From IMG/VR virus record IMGVR_UViG_2791355157_000004, positions 1 through 64,000 of that record: DNA of 64,000 nt, one strand, 5' to 3'. A program made the position numbers and the translations under genes. Shown here one piece after another: positions 18,875 to 26,561 of this stretch. The stretch's first letter is position 1. Every line of letters begins with the position of its first letter. Under the pieces are notes generated by a model that saw nothing but the letters and a program-made list of their open reading frames with translations, did no database searches and was not told the DNA's origin. This stretch comes from a virus. Its lineage: Duplodnaviria; Caudoviricetes.

Positions 18875-20256
18875 AGGATTCATGCAACGCTTCCAGCGTT
18901 CGCATGCTCTCCATGTAAAACTTTACATGATTGCTTATTGGGTCCTGCACGTGGTTTTTAACCACGGTCAGCATCAGTATGGCAATGTACCGGTTATCGC
19001 CTTTTGCTGCGTGCAGCTCGGCGAGCACCTCATAGGTGCGCATGATTCAGCTCCTGTGCAATGGCCACGGTCAGGGCGATATCGGTGATATCCCTGAATC
19101 GCGGCATTTTGTGTTTGGGATGTTTACCCAGGTACCAGGCGAGGATAATGGTCTCCTCGAACTGCCGATCGCGGTGGGCGAACATGTCATGGAGGATTCT
19201 GGCTGGTTTAACATAATCCGTATTTAGCGCACTATAGGCCATAGATAGCCTGCGCGACAGAACCCAGTGTCAGTGTGTCGCAGGATTCTTTGGTGCGCCA
19301 GGGTGCGTTCAGCCAGAGTCCGTAGACGGCCCTCATGACGTTCACGTTGGCACCAACCAGCTCATCGCTGCCGCGCATGAGCATATAGATTTCACCTGCC
19401 TTCATAGATAGTCCTCACTAATGCAGCCAGTTGGCCGGTGTCCATTAACTTGTGTTGCGTAACCATAGTGCCGTCTTCCAGCTTAGCGCGCCGGTAAACA
19501 CGCCAGACGTGATATACCCTGCGTGCCGCGGTATTGTCCTCGATGCGCGGTGAGTCACCGCGAATCTCTGCAAAAATCTCTGCTGCTTTTAACAATTTCT
19601 ATCCCCAGCTTAACCAGGCCACGGGTGTCGCCTATTTCATCTTTGTACGTCCGGAACAGTGCGTGTAATGCGCCGGTGTACTCCGCGTCAGGATTACCCC
19701 TTAACAGAATGAAGATCTCAACTGCCTTCATATATGTCCTTCGCCATAACGGCCAGTTTCCGTGCTGTTATTCTGTGGAGCACAAAATCCTCACCGTCTT
19801 CCCACGCATACCACACTTCATTTATCAGTCTTGATGAATTCAGATGCGTCGCGACGCTGGTGCCCCGCATCAGTAAAAATATCTCTGCTGCTTTCATGGA
19901 TCTCCTTTGCGGTTATCATCAGGCGCATCACGGGTGTGCGCTGACCACCGTCAAATCCCCTGGCAGTGCGCCACACCTGCTCAATAGGGCTATTGCGGAA
20001 GTATGACGACTCCAGCGTAAAGATTGTGTGCAGCACCTCAGACGTCGTCACCCAGCTTCCCCAGTTTATCGGCATACTCTTTATCAGGCTTACCGGCCAG
20101 ATGCCAGGCATAGCTGGCCATGTAGACCAGTGGCTTCTTCCTGCCCTCATGCCTGATCATGCTGTAGCGGTAGTGATTCCATGCACGACGTAATTCTGTC
20201 TGGTTAATCTGGTCTGCTGTGATAATTAAATCAGCGACAAGCTCACTTAATTGCAT
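18858..20256 (-). other. Tandem mini-protein array (family D, MKAxEI[FY]xx[MLI]RG)
   Basis: 19232-19405 MKAGEIYMLMRG, 19392-19595 LKAAEIFAEIRG, 19555-19731 MKAVEIFILLRG, 19718-19897 MKAAEIFLLMRG; flanked by 18858-19043, 19030-19242, 19818-20051 and 20038-20256. Confidence 0.75.
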
Positions 20257-20401
20257 AGATGCCTTTCAGATCAGAACGAATAAAGCGGAATGGCAAATGC
20301 CATCCCGCTTTTGATTGTTACCAATGCTGCCCGATAATGACTGTTATCTTTGCAGATCCCAGCATATATAAAAGCAGCTCACCGGTTTTCATTATACTGC
20401 C

Positions 20402-22288
20402 TTACGGTTGTTCCTTACCTTTCAGAATACTGTCCAGGTCGTCGAGCGCCGTGTTCAGCTTCTTCAGTGGCTCATGCTTTATGTCTTTGCGATAGCAATG
20501 ATCGGTTAGCATAGTCCTGACTTTATGACTGCTGAGCATCATGATAAGGATGTTTCGTATTTTCACTATTCAACACTTAATTGAAACCCCAGTTTCTTAC
20601 AGATGCCAGGGATATGTTTAAACGAGGGCAATATAGTACGGCGATAGCCTTTCGTTGAATAGTCAGCGTGAGAGATAATTGCTTGTTTAAGGGTTGGTTT
20701 GGTCCACAAATATTTCATTAGTGCTTACTCCATGGGTATGCACACACCGGCCAGGATGCGTGCGGAAGTATGTGACATTGTCACACGGGATTAACGTCAG
20801 TGCATTTCGCGCTGATGTATATTTCCTTGGCGAGTTGCTGGGCGAGCCACCAGTCACTGAAACTGCCCCCGGCCATGCGGAGCGTATGCAGAATTGCACC
20901 GCTGGTGGCGCTGGTGGTAAGAATAAGATGAAGCACTTCATTCAATGACATGGCGCTTCCTCTTATTATCACGATGGTTCATGATGAGCGCCATAATAAT
21001 CCAGAAGGCGATTAAGCCTCCTGTTAACAGAGTGTCTTTGCACATGGTTCACCTGCGGATAATAAAGGTTACAGCATGATGTTAATTAACCACTTCGCTC
21101 TTCCGAGATAGTTTCCGGTGAACCGGATACCATCAATGGTTATTTGCGCGTGGTACATGTAAAAGTCCTGAGGTATTTCACTGCGCTGCGTTGTGTTCTC
21201 GATAATAAACTCATCGATGCCAGCTAGTGCGTGAAGCTTTATTTGTTTGATAATTTCAGGTGTCAGATAAAGTAATTTATCGTCATTCTGATTACGCAGC
21301 ATGTTATATTTCAAGGATGTTCACCAGGTTTAATGCCATAGACAGGTTATAAGAGGGAAATACCATGCCGGCATGATTAGCATGGATAAGGAAGCAGTTT
21401 TCTAGGGTTGAGCCGGCTTTTATCTCAAGATAAATGCGGACCAACACCTCGCTGAGTCGTACAGATTTCACGTAGCGTGACCTCTGTGACTCCAGACCTC
21501 GTGAGTCTGGAGTCACAATCAATGACGGCGTTTGCGCATGTGGTATGGAAAATGGCGCTGCGCCGTGCGGTACAGCTTCCAGCGCTTGCGGATGATCAGC
21601 CAGTGATGGATAGACTGCACGCTGGCGAACACGGCCATGATGATGGCCACGCCAATGAGCCCGATGCCTAACCAGGCGCTCAGGTGATGGGTGTCTTCGA
21701 CGTGTGATGCGGCGTTAATCAGTAATTCGTGCATGGTATAGCTCCTGAATGATGTGCTGAATTTTTATGGGTACCAGATCGGGATCTGATGGTATGGCGT
21801 CAAAAACCAGAGGGTTGAGGCGCCACTGCGTATAGGTATTGGCCTCGATGAGGATGTAATGCAGGTATTCCACGAACGTCACCACCACCTCCTGCGGATG
21901 AGAGTGTTACGCATCGCAGATCTCCTTCATGACAAAGAACACTTCATCCGGATAGATGGCGGTAACCGTGTAACTGTCGGTGGCTTCGATGGCACTGTTG
22001 AACAGTCCGGCATGCAGCAGGTTTGTTCTGCTGGCATTCTCGATCAGCGCACTGAACAGGATGGTGATGAGGCTATTCGGTATTGCGTGCGTAGAGCGCT
22101 TACGCTGTGAATTGTCCGGTGAACTCGTTGACATAAATCTGCTTCTCTTCACGTGACAACGTAATGGTTGTCTGGCCCTGGATTCTCAGGACAAAGGGCA
22201 ATGCCATATTCAGGTCGGTGCCCAGAAGATACTGTGCAAACTTAACGGCTTGAGCGTGGTCAATGCGAACTTTCTTAAAGTTGAACAT
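20402..22288 (-). other. Cluster of small hypothetical early genes, partly AT-rich
   Basis: e.g. 20402-20566, 20781-20972, 21069-21314, 21304-21522, 21519-21734 (membrane segment), 21907-22152, 22100-22288. Confidence 0.55.
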
Positions 22289-22468
22289 GGTAGCTGTCTC
22301 CTCGACTAATTCCCATACAATGATGGTTAAAGCGCACCAGACAGGCTTTAGGCTGTCTTTAGTGCAAAGGCATACCTTTGGGTGCAGATAGTCTTTAGGA
22401 GCGCACTGTGTGCTTCCTGCTGGTCTATCACCCTGCCTGAACAACGGGGCCGCCAGGCCCCGCAGTGT

Positions 22469-22786
22469 TTAGTCGAACAGTGCTGCGCATTCGACAAACA
22501 GTTCCTGCAACTCAGTTGAGTGTGCAAGTTCTTGTTTAATCGCATGCTTCTGCGTAGCGAGACGCAGTGCTGCTGAGTCTTTGGAGGTGACACGATGCAC
22601 GATGAGATCGTGTTTGGTATCCACCTCTGCTTTGGCATACATGGCTGATGCCTTGAGGTTTAGGGTGCCTAAGGCTTTGGAGATAGTCTCCACAGTACCT
22701 GTTACACCCTGAGCTAAGCTGCTCACTGTGTTCATTACGTCAACGACTGCGCCTGTTGATGATGCGGTTACGCCTTTGTTTAACAT
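22469..22786 (-). CDS. N4 gp1-like early protein
   Basis: 105 aa, first gene after the outermost hairpin promoter, AGGAG RBS; size, position and Ser/Thr/Ala-rich N-half resemble N4 gp1. Confidence 0.65.
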   Translation of the reverse strand: MLNKGVTASSTGAVVDVMNTVSSLAQGVTGTVETISKALGTLNLKASAMYAKAEVDTKHDLIVHRVTSKDSAALRLATQKHAIKQELAHSTELQELFVECAALFD

Positions 22787-22823
22787 GGTGATGCTCCTGA
22801 TCCTGATAGTGATGGCATGATTG

Positions 22824-22842
22824 CCACTACCGGCGAAGCTGG
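22824..22842 (-). promoter_or_regulatory. vRNAP hairpin promoter (Pe1 equivalent), one G-T mismatch
   Basis: CC-ACTA-CCGGC-GAA-GCTGG. Confidence 0.8.
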
Positions 22843-22953
22843 CCCACACACGAAGGAGGAGGCAAACCGGGGGGGAGTGTCCGGTGTTGTGTAATGTGTG
22901 GGGCCACACCCCTACTCTCAGACGTCACCATAAAAAAATGGCCAACCTTTCGG

Positions 22954-23130
22954 TCAGCCTTTTGGTATTGGCCGCCTGGCCAGTTCCTTTTGCAGCTCTG
23001 CTATCTGCCGCTCCAGGGAGACTATCCGTCCCTGATAGTGCGCGGTCAGGATCTCCATGTTCTCTTTGTTCTGCTGGGTCAGGCGTTGCCGTGTGCGATC
23101 GCAGTTATCGCAGTTCTTTGGTCTTCCCAT
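22954..23130 (-). CDS. Small coiled-coil protein (MGRPKNCDNCD...)
   Basis: Hand-translated 58 aa, followed by a terminator. Confidence 0.55.
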   Translation of the reverse strand: MGRPKNCDNCDRTRQRLTQQNKENMEILTAHYQGRIVSLERQIAELQKELARRPIPKG

Positions 23131-23131
23131 A

Positions 23132-23159
23132 TTTCATACTTAATATTTCACACGTATGA
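23132..23159. repeat. Heptad array H8
   Basis: tttcata cttaata tttcaca cgtatga. Confidence 0.65.
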
Positions 23160-23433
23160 GGTACCGGGGGTACACGGTCTCACCGTCGATGTCCTTAGTG
23201 GCCAGCATCTCAACCTCAAAGCGCTGGCTGCCCGGGTAGGCTTCAGTGATGAGGATGTGAAGACGCTGGATGAGTTTGTCCCTGAGCTTCGCAGCCTGAC
23301 GCCGTTTCTTCGTCGGGAACAGGACTTTCAGTCCGGTAAAGAACTGCGCGGAGATGAGGTGCTGATGAACCAGCAACTGATAGGCGAGCGCTTCCTGGCC
23401 CGTTGACCTGTGCGTCACTACGATGATGCTCAT
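23140..23433 (-). CDS. Hypothetical protein
   Basis: 97-aa ORF with AAGGA RBS, co-oriented with neighbours. Confidence 0.55.
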   Translation of the reverse strand: MSIIVVTHRSTGQEALAYQLLVHQHLISAQFFTGLKVLFPTKKRRQAAKLRDKLIQRLHILITEAYPGSQRFEVEMLATKDIDGETVYPRYLIRVKY

Positions 23434-23480
23434 GGATGGTGTCCTTGCAATGCCGGTACCAGGCGGTACCGGGGGGGTCG

Positions 23481-23969
23481 TCAGATGATTGCGTTAAGTT
23501 TGGCGGTAAGCTTCAGAATAATATCGTTGAGCTCTTTGGCCGTATTGCCGTTGGTAACGTTACGCAGGGAACCGCACAGCTGGCTGATCAGGTCAGCGAG
23601 GTGCTGGCGCTCCTGCGCGCGCGCATAGTCTTCGCTTAACGAAGAATTAACAACTACTTTTTCTGGGGAATTGACTTCTGCCTCCGACTGCGCGCACGTG
23701 CTGACGTGTGTCACCTGCCAGTCATCGGCGTGCATATCACCCTGGCTCGGCACCCAGGGGACGACGCTGCCCTGCGCGTTCTTCAGCGCGTAGTAGCTGC
23801 CGTACGGAACGAGGTTATCGGGGAAGTGGTCTTTGATCACCTCCATGCGTGCCGGGTAGTTGCCGGCGGGGACGAACCAGACAAACTGGCCCTTGCCGTT
23901 CCAGCCCTGGCGCTGGATAGCCTTGCCGTCTGCGGTACATGCACGCAGCGCTTCAGCGAAATTCATCAT
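23481..23969 (-). CDS. DUF2829 / Tad2-like protein with C-terminal extension
   Basis: MNFAEAL..GKAIQRQGWNGKGQFV...VPWVPSQGDMHADDW is the DUF2829 signature. Confidence 0.85.
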   Translation of the reverse strand: MMNFAEALRACTADGKAIQRQGWNGKGQFVWFVPAGNYPARMEVIKDHFPDNLVPYGSYYALKNAQGSVVPWVPSQGDMHADDWQVTHVSTCAQSEAEVNSPEKVVVNSSLSEDYARAQERQHLADLISQLCGSLRNVTNGNTAKELNDIILKLTAKLNAII

Positions 23970-24214
23970 GGAACCGATTCCTTTTTTGGTTTTTGGGGGG
24001 GCGTGCTGGCCTTGTATTTGCGTTTGCCCATCATCTGCAGGCGCAGATCCTGGATAACGGCGATGGCGCACATCACTGGGTAGTGGCGGTAAAGCGCCAG
24101 CAAAGAATGCTCCAGCTCGGCCATGTTGCGGTGCATCCGCTTACGCACGCACTCTTCACCCGCGCAGTGGCCGATGAAGTACGCGAGGCACATCAATAGA
24201 ATGGTGATGATCAT
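23966..24214 (-). CDS. Small membrane-anchored protein
   Basis: Hydrophobic N-terminus; coupled to the downstream gene. Confidence 0.55.
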   Translation of the reverse strand: MIITILLMCLAYFIGHCAGEECVRKRMHRNMAELEHSLLALYRHYPVMCAIAVIQDLRLQMMGKRKYKASTPPQKPKKESVP

Positions 24215-24266
24215 GTGGGTCCTTGGTTCATTTGAGGGCGCCGCAGCGCCCCAGCCGGGAAGGAGA

Positions 24267-24572
24267 TTAGCGGGATAACTGCATATTCATGAGCGATGGG
24301 TGGACTAACTGGCGGGTCATGTCGTAGCCCTTGCGGAAGAGGCAAGTGGTCAGCAGATCGAGACTCAGTTCAGACAGCTGGCCAGTCAACATGGCGCGGG
24401 CTTCATCGATGGTGATCTGGTGATCCTGGGCGAAGTGGGCGACCCCATTCTCTTCACCGCCGTAATCCATTGTTAACAGAATGAGAAAATCTGCTTTTAG
24501 TTTTAAAACCTTACGCTCGATATGGTTATCAGTCAGAACGTCAAAGGGGGAAGCGACTTTTAGCGACAGCAT
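24267..24572 (-). CDS. XRE/HTH_37-like transcriptional regulator (repressor candidate)
   Basis: SPFDVL...LKLKADFL...AHFAQDHQITIDEARAMLTGQLSELSLDLL...GYD resembles the HigA-like HTH_37 pattern; palindrome 24591-24604 just upstream. Confidence 0.6.
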   Translation of the reverse strand: MLSLKVASPFDVLTDNHIERKVLKLKADFLILLTMDYGGEENGVAHFAQDHQITIDEARAMLTGQLSELSLDLLTTCLFRKGYDMTRQLVHPSLMNMQLSR

Positions 24573-24590
24573 CTGGTGGACCTGCTCAGT

Positions 24591-24604
24591 TAGGAATTGT
24601 CCTA
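24591..24604. promoter_or_regulatory. Palindromic operator-like motif TAGGA-N4-TCCTA (one of about 11 copies)
   Basis: TAGGAATTGTCCTA; related copies at 568, 802, 4698, 8993, 14335, 25809, 28161, 36582, 37317 and 59210. Confidence 0.75.
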
Positions 24605-25013
24605 TTTAAGCACCGCTTTAGCAGCGCGGCAATGACCTGTTCCAATTCTTTTTTGACTAACTTTCTTTCACAGTCGAGCTCTGTGAGGTGGTCATTAAGA
24701 TGGTGAAACTTTGCCATCAGTTCTTGCTGAGATCGTGTCGTCATGCGGGGCCTTCTTTTATAAATATTCTATATATATCAAATACCTAATCCGTGGCGCC
24801 AGGCGGCTCCTTCCGTTCGCCAAATTGTGTGTATGATGTAACTATTCAGGTACACTAAGGTAAGGCGCCCTCAGGCGCCCTTCATTAAAAATTCTAATGC
24901 TAATGACCGTTTTTCACGGTTCGATATTCGGGTGGTCCGGCTGACAAAAAGAGTGCGATCGCCACTGTCAATCCGGAAGAAAAAGCGACCGTTTAACTGA
25001 CCCTGGCGGACCT

Positions 25014-25391
25014 TCAAATCTTGCAACCGTCGCAGTCATCGTCGTTCAGGTCAGCCAGCAGATCGCGGGTTTCGCGTTCCTGGTACAGCGTTTCTTTTAA
25101 CAAATAACCCTCAAGTGGCCAGATTTTTTCGAACGCGTTATCGAAGGCGCACTTCTGGCCAATCTCTTCGTTGTAGTTCGACGGATCGACACAGGCGCTG
25201 GTGCCTTCCACCTTGAAGCCGTTCTCCAGCTCGATGATGCAGACGGTCACCAGGCTCAGCTCACCCATGGTGCGCAGGTCAAGTGACGCGTCGGGCGCGA
25301 GTGCTGCAAGCACGGCGCGGCCGGCGTTGATGTAGTGGACGCTGCGGATTTTGCTCTGGATTAATTCAGGTGTGATTTTACGTTCGGTCAT
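25014..25391 (-). CDS. Phage gp49/gp66-family protein (possible nucleotide-signal sponge)
   Basis: TVCIIELENGFKVEGTSACVDPSNYNEEIG...AFEKIWPLEGYLL signature. Confidence 0.85.
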   Translation of the reverse strand: MTERKITPELIQSKIRSVHYINAGRAVLAALAPDASLDLRTMGELSLVTVCIIELENGFKVEGTSACVDPSNYNEEIGQKCAFDNAFEKIWPLEGYLLKETLYQERETRDLLADLNDDDCDGCKI

Positions 25392-25412
25392 AGTGATTCT
25401 CTCTGGTTCAGA

Positions 25413-25763
25413 AAGAGAAAAGCCCAGCCGAAGCTGGGCTATCCCATATTGTTACGCGGCGCTCCGACCCCTCGGGACCCGTGTATTTGATAGTGGTAGC
25501 TATCTGGGAAGGCACTGCATGTGGCGGTAAATCCGGGAAGAAACCCGCCGGCAATGCCCTCTCAGATAAATACGCCCCAATCCGGTAACAGAGAAGGGGC
25601 AGAACTCTGGTTTCCGCGCTTATCAGGCGCTTCCGCGTAACAGGCCACTGACCTGTGGTGACGAAAAATATCCGTAAGGAAATGGATTGCACAGCATCAT
25701 CAGCAAGGCGGCACCAGCGCTAATGCTAAAGGCGTCTCGGGGAAACGGCTTTCACCTTAGGGC
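25413..25763 (-). ncRNA. Putative structured ncRNA 2 (~350 nt), class unrecognised
   Basis: Bounded by a sigma70-like promoter and a terminator (agcccagc-ttcg-gctgggct-TTT); nested long stems; no convincing ORF. Confidence 0.6.
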
Positions 25764-25769
25764 CTGCTC

Positions 25770-25798
25770 AGAATGCCAATGCGCAAAAGATGCGTCAA
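25770..25798 (-). promoter_or_regulatory. Sigma70-type promoter for ncRNA 2
   Basis: TTGACG-17 bp-CATTCT with a TG extension. Confidence 0.65.
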
Positions 25799-25880
25799 TA
25801 ATTATTTTTCGGATTAATCTTATAGGATAGCATTTAGGTTTGTGCTTGTCGGACCGCAAGCACTCAAAAAGGAACCTGAG

Positions 25881-26561
25881 ATGCTCACACTTGATTTACT
25901 GCAGAATTCCCTGCCCCAGCAGCTCAAGACACGCGTGACTCAGGATATGGTGGACAGCTTCAACGCTTCCATCACTGATCCGCTCGTTGCCGAGAACATG
26001 CGGGACAACCTGCTCTCTTACACCCGCGTCCTGGCCGACGGGCGGTTTAAGATGGCGGACTACATGGATGCGGTGCGCTACGTCAGCTTTAAGCTGATGG
26101 GCTACCCCAACCAGGACGCGTACGCCCGTACCTTCCCTAACCGCTGGCAGGCGCTGCATGCCCAGGGTGCTTCACCCAAGGACATCTCTGCCTACGTCAG
26201 CGCCTACAACAAGAACAAGCTGGTGAACCTGATTCTGGAGCAGACGCTGATCCCGACTCACGTGCTGAACCAGGATATCTACCAGAAGGCCATTAACGTC
26301 CAGGCCGACATGATGATGAACGCCAAGAGCGAGAAGGTTCGCGTTGAGGCGGCGAACTCCCTGCTCAATCACCTGAAGCGCCCTGATACGCACAAGGTTG
26401 AACTGGAGATCGGCATCAAGGACAGCTCCGGCCTGCGTGAGCTCAAGGATTCCATGGCTCAGCTGGCACAGCAGCAGCGGGACATGATCCAGGGTGGTCA
26501 CATCTCTGCCCGCAGCGTTGCCCATTCACCCCTGGTGATCGAGGCAGGTGACGATGAGTAA
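25881..26561 (+). CDS. Terminase small subunit (N4 gp69-like)
   Basis: Immediately upstream of terL; YARTFP, YNKNKLV and SEKVR..AA motifs of the N4 family. Confidence 0.75.
   Translation: MLTLDLLQNSLPQQLKTRVTQDMVDSFNASITDPLVAENMRDNLLSYTRVLADGRFKMADYMDAVRYVSFKLMGYPNQDAYARTFPNRWQALHAQGASPKDISAYVSAYNKNKLVNLILEQTLIPTHVLNQDIYQKAINVQADMMMNAKSEKVRVEAANSLLNHLKRPDTHKVELEIGIKDSSGLRELKDSMAQLAQQQRDMIQGGHISARSVAHSPLVIEAGDDE

Noticed and set aside
20270-20392. MKTGELLLY ORF stopping after 24 codons beside a TATATAT tract (possible frameshift or phase variation)
   Set aside because: The tract is short, and without homologs a pseudogene, a true peptide and a sequencing error cannot be distinguished.
22894-23406. 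170-aa plus-strand ORF
   Set aside because: It overlaps two minus-strand ORFs that fit the local operon direction, and has no RBS or motif.
25408-25692. 94-aa ORF over ncRNA 2
   Set aside because: GTG start without an RBS, runs through the terminator, and has no recognisable motif; the RNA-structure explanation fits better.
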